Origin: Nitrososphaeria archaeon
GTDB lineage: Archaea; Thermoproteota; Nitrososphaeria; Nitrososphaerales; JACAEJ01
Direction of reading: 5' to 3'
NCBI GenBank assembly: GCA_029775875.1
Contig: JARVKD010000003.1
Span: 1-53,792 of the forward strand
Length of the DNA: 53,792 bases
The position numbers and the translations under genes were made by a program. Of this stretch, positions 9,014 to 16,439 are shown piece after piece. Under the pieces are notes generated by a model. It made no database searches and had not been told where the DNA came from. It worked only from the letters and a program-made list of their open reading frames with translations. Numbering within the stretch: position 1 is the first letter of the stretch; each line of letters opens with the position of its first letter.

Positions 9014-9553
9014 CTAATCTCTATGGGGTTTCCAACCCTGAATCTTGTAGTATATGACTTCTCCCCGCCTTTCTATAACCGCCAAAACTGCTTCCTTCCC
9101 CATTCTCCCTATTTGACTGACGATTTCACTTAGCTCTTTAATGGGCGTCTTTGTGCCTTCGTTTAAGCCGCATATAACATACTTTGCCGATTTGGAGCCG
9201 TATTCACCTCTATCATATACCCTAAAATCAACACCAAATCCAAATCCTTCACGAACTACATATCCACGACTCCTTAAATCTCTATAGATTAGAAAGCGAG
9301 TCCATATGCTAGTATCTTTAGATATAGAGAAGTCTACAAGCTCGTTGACAGACATTTCTTTATTATCTTTTAACACCCTTAACTTGCCACCATACAGTAA
9401 GAAAATGGCTTCATAATCCTTCAATAAGAGCTTATCATCTAGCTCTTCTCCATAACCTCTTTTCTTCAACTCCTCTTGGGCTTTTTTATCATTTATAATG
9501 ACACCTTTTTTTGTCAAATGCCCTGTCAACACGTAAGGAATTTCCTCAGCCAT
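9014..9553 (-). CDS. endA: tRNA-splicing endonuclease subunit (EndA family)
   Basis: 179 aa with the EndA C-terminal catalytic-domain pattern YRDLRSRGYVVREGFGFGVDFRVY...KYVI...GKEAVLAV...YY. The position of the catalytic His appears substituted (see findings). Confidence 0.85.
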   Translation of the reverse strand: MAEEIPYVLTGHLTKKGVIINDKKAQEELKKRGYGEELDDKLLLKDYEAIFLLYGGKLRVLKDNKEMSVNELVDFSISKDTSIWTRFLIYRDLRSRGYVVREGFGFGVDFRVYDRGEYGSKSAKYVICGLNEGTKTPIKELSEIVSQIGRMGKEAVLAVIERRGEVIYYKIQGWKPHRD

Positions 9554-9713
9554 TGCAGATCATATGTTCATGTCCTTATTAAAGTAAAACCTTTCGTATT
9601 TCATACACCTTACATTCTGAAATATGAGTCTAATCTCTGCACAAAATTTAGATGCCAAAGAGATCTTGAGGAAAGGAATATTAGAATGTTTGAGAGAAAA
9701 AGATTAGATAGAT

Positions 9714-10791
9714 ATGATTTGGAATGGTTTCACTCAAAAAACTGTAAGCTGGGAAGACGAAGCGATTAAATTGATAGACCAAAGGAAATTGCCCAACAAA
9801 CTAGTTTTCATAAAATGCATCGATCATCATCAAGTAGTAGATGCCATCAAGAACATGAGCATAAGAGGAGCTCCTGCCATTGGAGCGATAGCAGCTATGG
9901 CCCTCGCATTAGTAGCCCATAAATCTAAGGCTGAGACAAAAGAAGACTTAATTAGAGAACTTGAATTTGTAGTAAAGGATCTAAAGGCTACACGCCCAAC
10001 AGGCGTTAACTTATTCTGGGCTATTCAAAGAGTTATGAATAGAGCGCATTCAACTGAAGGAACAATAAAGGAGATCGTTAAGGCAATTAAAACTGAAGCT
10101 CTTCTAATTGCAGAAGAGGATATAGAGACAAACCGTGCCATAGGAAAGAATGGCGCTGAGATTCTTGAAGATGGAGACACAGTGCTAACCCACTGTAAAT
10201 GATCTAGTTTTCACTGGTCAGCAGAATGCGGGGGCACTGGCAACGGTAGGCTATGGTACTGCTCTAGGGGTAGTGAGGGCAGCAATAGAGCAGAGAAAAT
10301 GCATAAGCGTAGTAGCTACAGAAACCAGACCCGCACTCCAAGGAGCAAGGCTGACATGCTTTGAACTCAAAAACGCTGGGATTCCTGTTACTTTGATAGC
10401 AGATTCTATGGTGGGTTATGTAATGCAAAAGAGATTGGTGAATAAAGTAATAGTTGGTGCAGATAGAATAACAAGGCTCGGTCATACATTCAACAAGATT
10501 GGGACTTATCAGATAGCAGTTCTAGCTCAAAGGCACAACATACCTTTCTATGTTGCTGCGCCTAGATCAACCTTCGATTTTGATACTAATTTTGAAGATA
10601 TAATAATTGAGGAAAGAAGCTTAAATGAGATGGTTATGATCAATAGAAAAAGAATAGCGCCAAAAGGAATCAATGTGCTAAATCCAGCCTTTGACATGAC
10701 TCCACCAGAGCTGATAACTGCGATTATAACTGAAAAAGGATTATTGCTACCACCGTTTGAAGAATCTATCGCCAAATTCTGTGAATTATAG
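9714..10791 (+). CDS. mtnA: Methylthioribose-1-phosphate isomerase / aIF-2B-type isomerase, interrupted by a 28-nt insert (exon 1 9714..10198, exon 2 10227..10791)
   Basis: ORFs 9714..10202 and 10273..10791 are the N and C halves of one MtnA-family protein (WEDEAIKLIDQRKLP...RGAPAIG...LTHC / NAGALATVGYGTALGVVRAA...TETRP.LQGARLT...VGADRI...FYVAAP). Removing 10199..10226 gives one 349-aa ORF. It may instead be a pseudogene or a split gene. Confidence 0.7.
10199..10226 (+). other. Candidate bulge-helix-bulge (BHB-like) intron within the mtnA mRNA
   Basis: The central 4-bp helix is 10193-10196 paired with 10221-10224. The 5' bulge is AAA at 10197-10199. The inner 5-bp helix is 10200-10204 paired with 10216-10220, with an 11-nt loop. 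The 3' unpaired AAU lies at 10225-10227. Cutting after the 2nd nucleotide of each bulge restores the frame. Confidence 0.5.
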
Positions 10792-10829
10792 TTAAGATAG
10801 TTTAAATCGAAGCCTTTCAAATTTCAATT

Positions 10830-10930
10830 GGGCCCGTGGTCTAGTATGGATAAGACGCAGAGTTTATCACGTAAGCCTTCGGTGCTCTGAAGAGAGCCTG
10901 AAATCCGGGGTTCAAATCCCTGCGGGCCCG
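10830..10930 (+). tRNA. tRNA-Arg(UCG) with two predicted short introns (10861..10874 at 29/30 and 10884..10895 at 38/39); anticodon assignment is inferred
   Basis: Acceptor stem GGGCCCG/CGGGCCC, D arm GUCU-AGUAUGGAUA-AGAC, T arm CGGGG-UUCAAAU-CCCUG, discriminator G, and no encoded CCA. The gene is 101 nt, about 26 nt too long. Removing the two segments gives a canonical 75-nt cloverleaf with anticodon stem CAGGC/GCCUG, loop CUUCGGU and variable loop AAAUC. Confidence 0.8.
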
Positions 10931-11004
10931 TATTACGAATAGAAAATTACACAGCTTTTTGCTTTGATGGGAGTTGGCTAACTTAAATAAACCCTTAACA
11001 TTGT

Positions 11005-11532
11005 TTGCTCCATAATGATCTATACTTGGAAGCAAGAAATCTAGCAGAAGCATTAGCAAAGGAATTAGATGCCTTCAAAAGGCTAGTAGTACTAGGAATA
11101 GGAAACGAACTTAGAGGAGACGATATTGCTGGAGTCTTGGTGGTTAAGAAACTTAAAAAGGCTCTAAAGGATTTGAAAAACGTCCTTATCATCAATTGCG
11201 GGACAGCTCCAGAAAACTTCCTGTCAAAGGTGAAGGCCTTTAGCCCCTCACACGTTCTAGTCATTGATGCTATAGATTTTAAGGGTGAGCCGGGCTCTGT
11301 AATATTGTATGAGGCTGGAAAGGAAATGATAGAATCTATCTCAACACATAGGCTTCCAATATCTTTAGTAAGGGCCTATCTTGAGGGATCTGGTTTGAAA
11401 ACAAAGTTTTTTTTGATAGGAATCCAACCTCAAAACATTCTATTAGATGCAAGAATAAGTCATAAAGTTAAAGAAGCAGTTGAGATGATAACAAAAATAC
11501 TTGAGAAAATCATCAAGAAAACTGCTTCTTAA
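11005..11532 (+). CDS. [NiFe]-hydrogenase maturation endopeptidase (HycI/HyaD family)
   Basis: VVLGIGNELRGDDIAG..., NCGTAPENF and HVLVIDAID motifs typical of hydrogenase C-terminal processing proteases. The start is uncertain (TTG at 11005 or 11026). Confidence 0.8.
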   Translation: MLHNDLYLEARNLAEALAKELDAFKRLVVLGIGNELRGDDIAGVLVVKKLKKALKDLKNVLIINCGTAPENFLSKVKAFSPSHVLVIDAIDFKGEPGSVILYEAGKEMIESISTHRLPISLVRAYLEGSGLKTKFFLIGIQPQNILLDARISHKVKEAVEMITKILEKIIKKTAS

Positions 11533-11607
11533 GCCATTGACTAGCTTTTTTTGGATGGATTTGACAAATTTCATATGATAAAAATTCAAAATTCATTATA
11601 AGAAAAA

Positions 11608-12012
11608 ATGTATTTATTGAAAATACTATTAGTAAAGTTTAAATTTTTTGGAATGGAAGTTTTATTAATGTTCCCTGCTAGCATCCTTGGCACACCGATA
11701 ACAGTTTTTATCATAGCACTGGCCGTCTCATTTACAATCTACCTTATAGGAGGAAAGATCGCCCCTAAGTCTAAGGGTGCAAAAGAGAAATACGAACCTT
11801 ATGCCTGTGGTCAAGAGCTTCCGGCTGAAAAGTTTTCTGTCTTAATAGGTTTGTTCAACTACGCAACGGTCTTTATGATCGTTGATGTGGTGGCTTTTGT
11901 ACTAATACTGTCTATGGGCTTTCCATTTGTAAGCCCGATTCGAGAAATCTTCCTTTTGTATTGTGTGATTCTTCTAGCATCCTTATCGATCCTTTTGAGG
12001 GGAAGAGACTAG
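11608..12012 (+). CDS. NuoA-like membrane subunit of the hydrogenase/complex-I-like module
   Basis: Three predicted TM helices with the NuoA/ND3-like loop KYEPYACGQELP...FNYATVFMIVDVVAFVL. The real start is probably internal (ATG at 11653 or 11668). Confidence 0.65.
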   Translation: MYLLKILLVKFKFFGMEVLLMFPASILGTPITVFIIALAVSFTIYLIGGKIAPKSKGAKEKYEPYACGQELPAEKFSVLIGLFNYATVFMIVDVVAFVLILSMGFPFVSPIREIFLLYCVILLASLSILLRGRD

Positions 12013-12014
12013 CG

Positions 12015-12437
12015 ATGAATCTAGTTAAGTGGGCGAGGCTAAAAAGTCCCTGGTTACTCCACTTCAATACAGGGGCATGCAATGCCTGTGACATCGAGGT
12101 TCTAGCCGCTTTAACTCCTAGGTATGATCTTGAAAGGTTTGGCGCTTTGTTAAAGGCAAGTCCTAGACATGCAGACGTGCTAGTAGTGACAGGGCCTGTT
12201 ACAAGGCAAGTTAAGGATAGGCTTCTGAGGGTCTACAACCAAATGCCAGATCCCAAGTTCGTCGTAGCAGTGGGGACTTGCTGCATAAGCGGTGGGGTCT
12301 TTAACGGTTGCTACAACGTCTATCCGGGTTTGGATTCTATCATACCTGTGGATGCTTACATCTTCGGTTGTCCGCCAAAGCCTGAAGCCATAATAAACGG
12401 CGTTGTGGCTCTTTTGAAGAAACTGGAGGCTTCTTAA
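12015..12437 (+). CDS. Group-4 [NiFe]-hydrogenase small subunit (NuoB-like)
   Basis: Four cluster cysteines in NuoB spacing (TGACNACDIE, VGTCCISGG, GCPPKPE). The ATG at 12015 is chosen because the longer ORF from 11961 overlaps the nuoA-like gene. Confidence 0.9.
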   Translation: MNLVKWARLKSPWLLHFNTGACNACDIEVLAALTPRYDLERFGALLKASPRHADVLVVTGPVTRQVKDRLLRVYNQMPDPKFVVAVGTCCISGGVFNGCYNVYPGLDSIIPVDAYIFGCPPKPEAIINGVVALLKKLEAS

Positions 12438-12438
12438 C

Positions 12439-12963
12439 ATGGAAGAAAACGAAGTCTCTGAAGCCTTAAAGAATAAGTTTGGGAAGAAGATATTGGAGAT
12501 AAAAGTCTCAAAGAAGGGCGAAAAAGTAGCGGAAGATATGCTCATTCCTGAAATAATGGAAATCAAGGTTTCCAAGAGGAGAGTTTTCGTAACGGTTCCT
12601 ATTGAGATTTACAAGGAAGTTATTCGCTATTTAGTCGAAGAGCTTGGGTTCAATCACGTCCAAGCCATGACAGGGCTAGATACGGGTAAGTTCATAGAGG
12701 TCATGCCCCACCTTGGGCGCGGGATAACAATTACTGTTAGAACAAGAATTGAGAAGGATAGGCCTGTTTTGAGCACGATAACAGATCTGGTGCCAGGGGC
12801 TTCTTTTCATGAAAGGGAAATCCACGACCTTTTGGGAGTAGTCTTCGAGGGCCATCCTAATCTAACTAGGGTGATTGTACCAGAAGGTTGGCCTGAAAAC
12901 GTTTACCCGTTGAGGAAGGAGTACCATCCGGAGCAACCCAAGCCGATAAGGGAGGTGTTTTGA
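12439..12963 (+). CDS. NuoC-like (30 kDa) hydrogenase subunit
   Basis: Contains HEREIHDLLGVVFEGHPN, the signature region of NuoC/HycE-N/EchD. Confidence 0.85.
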   Translation: MEENEVSEALKNKFGKKILEIKVSKKGEKVAEDMLIPEIMEIKVSKRRVFVTVPIEIYKEVIRYLVEELGFNHVQAMTGLDTGKFIEVMPHLGRGITITVRTRIEKDRPVLSTITDLVPGASFHEREIHDLLGVVFEGHPNLTRVIVPEGWPENVYPLRKEYHPEQPKPIREVF

Positions 12964-14189
12964 TGCAAGAGGAGGAACTTCAAAAGACGGAGAAAAAATC
13001 TGCCTATGAACTCTTCTTTGACATTCCTGTAGGACCACAGCACCCCGCTTTGAAGGAGCCTGCTTTCTTTAAGTTCAGAGTGGAAGGGGAGAGGGTTGTG
13101 GGTGTTGATGTTGATGTATCGTATAATCATAGGGGTATAGAAAGGGCCCTAGAAGATAGAAACTACATACAAAATATCTACCTTATAGAGAGAATATGTG
13201 GTATATGCAACGTAGCTCATACTCTTTGCTATGCTCAAGCAGTGGAGCAACTCCATGGAAAAGAAATACCCTCAAGAGCGAACTACATAAGGCTCATGGT
13301 GGAAGAATTGGCAAGGATTCATAGTCATACGTTGTGGCTCGGAGTTGCGGCTCATGAAATAGGATTTGACACGCTCTTCATGTATGTCTGGAGAGACAGA
13401 GAAGTTGTCATGGACCTAATCGAAATGCTAACTGGGAACAGAGTTACCACAGCCATAAACACCATAGGAGGGGTAAGAAGAGACGTAAGCGATGAAGCCA
13501 AAGACAAAGTCAAGAAAGGCATGAATATTCTTGAGGAGAGATTAAAGTACTATAGAAAGGTTGCATTGAACGATCCTACTGTAAATGCTAGATGCAGTGG
13601 TGTAGGTATTCTAAAGCCAAAGGATGCGATAAGACTCTGTGCTGTTGGACCTACCCTAAGGGCTTCTGGCGTTAAAAATGATGTTAGAAGGGATGATCCC
13701 TATACACTTCATGATGAAGTCCCCTTTAATGTTATAACCTTTGATACTATGGACGTCTTTGCAAGAGTCTTGGTTAGAATTGATGAAACTCTAGAGTCCG
13801 TTAATATGGTTAGATATTGTCTTGATCACATGCCAAATGGGGATGTAAGGATAAAGTTGCCATTGTCCCCACCAGTAGGTGAGGCTATAAGTAGAGTCGA
13901 AGCCCCTAGAGGAGAGTTAATTCATTATGCAAGGTCGAATGGGACGAAGAACCCTGAACGTTATAAAGTAAGAACACCTACCTTTGAAAACTTACCCTCT
14001 GTAAGTGAAATGCTGACTTCAAAGAGCGATTATGAAGTCAACATAGCCGATATACCAATAACCTTAGCCTCCATAGATCCTTGCTTTAGCTGCACTGCTA
14101 GGATGGAGTTTAGAGATGTATCCAAGGGTAAGACGTGGATTTGGAGCTTAAAGGAGCTAAAAGCGCACTGTAGTAAAAGTAGGAGATAG
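12963..14189 (+). CDS. Group-4 [NiFe]-hydrogenase large subunit (NuoD-like) with intact Ni-Fe ligands
   Basis: N-terminal RICGICNVAH (~13191-13220) and C-terminal DPCFSCTAR (14076-14102) supply the four metal-binding Cys. A 28-aa C-terminal extension follows the Arg, consistent with protease processing. Confidence 0.9.
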   Translation: MQEEELQKTEKKSAYELFFDIPVGPQHPALKEPAFFKFRVEGERVVGVDVDVSYNHRGIERALEDRNYIQNIYLIERICGICNVAHTLCYAQAVEQLHGKEIPSRANYIRLMVEELARIHSHTLWLGVAAHEIGFDTLFMYVWRDREVVMDLIEMLTGNRVTTAINTIGGVRRDVSDEAKDKVKKGMNILEERLKYYRKVALNDPTVNARCSGVGILKPKDAIRLCAVGPTLRASGVKNDVRRDDPYTLHDEVPFNVITFDTMDVFARVLVRIDETLESVNMVRYCLDHMPNGDVRIKLPLSPPVGEAISRVEAPRGELIHYARSNGTKNPERYKVRTPTFENLPSVSEMLTSKSDYEVNIADIPITLASIDPCFSCTARMEFRDVSKGKTWIWSLKELKAHCSKSRR

Positions 14190-14193
14190 ACAA

Positions 14194-15162
14194 ATGGATT
14201 TTCTTCTAGAATTGCTTCAAATTCTTGTTTTTCCTGGCATACTTTTTGCCATAGGACTGGCTTTTGTCTATGAATGGTTAGATAGGAAAATCTACGCCAG
14301 GCTACAAAACAGAGTTGGACCTCTATACACAGGTCCTAGTGGAATTCTGCAGCCCTTTGCCGATTTTATAAAGCTTCTTGCAAAGGAAGATGTAGTCCCT
14401 AACGAGGTAGATAAGCCTCTCTTCAACGCCCTGCCCATATTTGCGCTAACCTTATCTTTGACAGGTTTTTTGGCACTGCCGATCATGGACTTAAGAGGTG
14501 TAATCTCCTTCAATGGCGATCTGATCTTTTTGATCGCATTGATGACTCTAATCTGTATAGTGATAATGTACTCAGGCATATCCTCCGCGAACAGATTTTC
14601 CACGGTGGGCGCTGAAAGGGCTGCCCTTCAACTTTTAGGTTACGAAATACCCATGATGCTGTCTGCAATAAGCATTGGCATATTAGCAAGTTCTATGTGG
14701 GTTTACGATATAGTCAGTATTCAAGCGAATAGTCTCTGGTTCTTGATAGGTCCAGGCATCTTAGGGTTTGCTATCTTCGTTCTTTGTGGTCAAGCTGAAT
14801 TGGAGAGAATACCCTTCGATATACCCGAGGCTGAGACTGAAATCGTTGCTGGCTGGTTGACAGAGTTTTCTGGGAGAAAGCTCGCTTTGTTCAGACTGAC
14901 AAAGGACGTTGAACTCTTGTATTTATCCGGCTTAGCCGTTGCTCTCTTTCTTGGTGGTCCCTCTGGACCAGTTATACCAGGTTTAGAGTTTATATTGTAC
15001 CCTCTGTACTTCTTACTGAAGACCTTGTTCGTACTCTTTCTACTTACAACTCTTCGCGCCCTTTTCGCTAGACTCAGAATAGACCAGATGGTCAACTTCT
15101 CTTGGAAGTACCTCGTCCCTCTTGCAATATTGCAGGTTTTAATAGTCAGGGTGGTCGTTTAG
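14194..15162 (+). CDS. NuoH-like integral membrane subunit (EchB/HycD/MbhM type)
   Basis: 322 aa and polytopic, with the NuoH pattern (RKIYARLQNRVGP...QPFADFIKLL.KE, ELERIPFDIPEAETEIV.G). Confidence 0.9.
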   Translation: MDFLLELLQILVFPGILFAIGLAFVYEWLDRKIYARLQNRVGPLYTGPSGILQPFADFIKLLAKEDVVPNEVDKPLFNALPIFALTLSLTGFLALPIMDLRGVISFNGDLIFLIALMTLICIVIMYSGISSANRFSTVGAERAALQLLGYEIPMMLSAISIGILASSMWVYDIVSIQANSLWFLIGPGILGFAIFVLCGQAELERIPFDIPEAETEIVAGWLTEFSGRKLALFRLTKDVELLYLSGLAVALFLGGPSGPVIPGLEFILYPLYFLLKTLFVLFLLTTLRALFARLRIDQMVNFSWKYLVPLAILQVLIVRVVV

Positions 15163-15163
15163 A

Positions 15164-15502
15164 ATGTCCATGTTAAAAGAAATTCAAAAAAGTCTCTTTA
15201 AGAAAAAGGCTACAGTACTCTATCCCTTCAAGGAGAGGGAGAAGGTTCACATACCAGAGGGCTTCAGGGGGAAAATAGTCTTTGATAGGGATAAGTGCAC
15301 AAGTTGCCTTTTATGCGCTAGGTTTTGTCCAAGCGGGGCTTGTGAAATTGTTACAGATGAAAAGGGCAAAAGGCCCATATTTCACTTGGAGCTCTGCTTA
15401 TTCTGTTCTCAATGCCAAGAAGTCTGTCCAAAAGGTGCCATCAATCTGACGGAGGAGTTTGAGTTGGCAGCCTTCGATAGAAAGGCTTTCACTATTAGGT
15501 GA
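15164..15502 (+). CDS. NuoI-like 2x[4Fe-4S] ferredoxin subunit
   Basis: Two CxxCxxCxxxCP motifs (CTSCLLCARFCP, CLFCSQCQEVCP). Confidence 0.85.
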   Translation: MSMLKEIQKSLFKKKATVLYPFKEREKVHIPEGFRGKIVFDRDKCTSCLLCARFCPSGACEIVTDEKGKRPIFHLELCLFCSQCQEVCPKGAINLTEEFELAAFDRKAFTIR

Positions 15503-16038
15503 TCTTTTTGGTCGAATACCTGATACATTTGGCCTTTCTAACTCTTATGATCGCTCTGGCTTTTCTTGTCATAGAAGTCAAGAATTTGCTTAGGGCTCTT
15601 GCTCTCTTCATAATTATGAGCTCTGTCCTTAGCGTTATCTTCTACATTTTGGGGGCACCCTTCATAGCGGTCTTCCAATTGGCTATATACTCAGGGGCTA
15701 TAGCTGTTCTGTTCCTTGCCACTCTTCATACCACGAAAGGAAGGATTTTGAGCGAAAAGTTGAACCTAGCTATGGGTCTTTTTTTGGCGGGCATACTCTT
15801 TGTGATAGTTCTTGCCTTCTCCATCAATATTATCGATGCCCTTAGAGTCGTCACCCTACCGCAAGGCTACTCCCTTGAAGAGGCTCCATTTTTCCTGTGG
15901 ACTTATAGAGGCTTTGACATCATTATACAAGGCTTTCTTTTGCTGGCGACGGTTACGGCTGTAGTAGCAATCCTTAGGAAAAAAGAAGGCGCTAAAGTCA
16001 TCGAGGAGGCCGTAAAGGAGGATATTAAGAATGAATGA
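15499..16038 (+). CDS. NuoJ-like membrane subunit
   Basis: GAPFIAVFQLAIYSGAIAVLFLATL resembles the conserved NuoJ TM2-3 region. The GTG start overlaps the previous stop codon. Confidence 0.65.
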   Translation: MIFLVEYLIHLAFLTLMIALAFLVIEVKNLLRALALFIIMSSVLSVIFYILGAPFIAVFQLAIYSGAIAVLFLATLHTTKGRILSEKLNLAMGLFLAGILFVIVLAFSINIIDALRVVTLPQGYSLEEAPFFLWTYRGFDIIIQGFLLLATVTAVVAILRKKEGAKVIEEAVKEDIKNE

Positions 16039-16342
16039 GTTGTTTCAACTTTACATACCTGCGTCTATCCTCTTGATAGTCATGGGGCTTTACTGCATGG
16101 CTACCAAAAGAGACCTGATAAAGATCGTACTAGGGTTAGAAATAATGACCTCAGGCGTCAATCTTAACCTAATAGCCATGGGCTTGAGAAGCAATGGCGT
16201 TGACGCTCTGGCCCAGTCCATCGCCCTAATTTCTATGACTATAGGAGCTTGCGTTGCGGCTGTTGCATTAGCTATAATCATCAACGTCTTTAGGCACTAT
16301 GGAACCACCGATACTAAACAACTCAGAAGATTGAAATGGTAA
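16031..16342 (+). CDS. NuoK-like (MnhC/MbhG-like) membrane subunit
   Basis: 103 aa with 3 TM helices and the pattern GLYCM.TKRDLIKIVLGLEIMTSGVNLNLIAMG. Confidence 0.7.
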   Translation: MNELFQLYIPASILLIVMGLYCMATKRDLIKIVLGLEIMTSGVNLNLIAMGLRSNGVDALAQSIALISMTIGACVAAVALAIIINVFRHYGTTDTKQLRRLKW

Positions 16343-16439
16343 TTTATTAGAAGAATCCCTGAATTCTTTAGTAATCCAAAATCAATTGAAGGAACACGAG
16401 CCTTCATTTATGGAATTAAATTCATCAGCAAGATAATTC

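Noticed and set aside
9476-9769. 97-aa plus-strand ORF bridging the endA start, the intergenic region and the mtnA start.
   Set aside because: It overlaps two well-supported genes and the divergent promoter region, and has no recognisable domain. It is most likely spurious.
10858-10889. Alternative folds of the tRNA. One is a single-intron model using the CAGAG/CUCUG stem (anticodon CGG/UGG Pro or UAU). The other is a 13-nt hairpin-intron model giving a 6-bp anticodon stem.
   Set aside because: Every single-intron variant puts a pyrimidine at position 37 and still leaves 11-12 extra nucleotides in the variable region. The 6-bp-stem variant gives a non-canonical 77-nt tRNA. The two-intron Arg(UCG) model yields a fully canonical 75-nt cloverleaf, so it was preferred, but it remains unverified.
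16388-16405. Hairpin GAAGG-AACACGAG-CCTTC between the convergent nuoK-like and frhB-like genes, considered as a terminator.
   Set aside because: Archaeal termination mainly uses oligo-T tracts. The hairpin is short (5 bp) and has no adjacent strong T-run on either strand, so it is not called as a feature.
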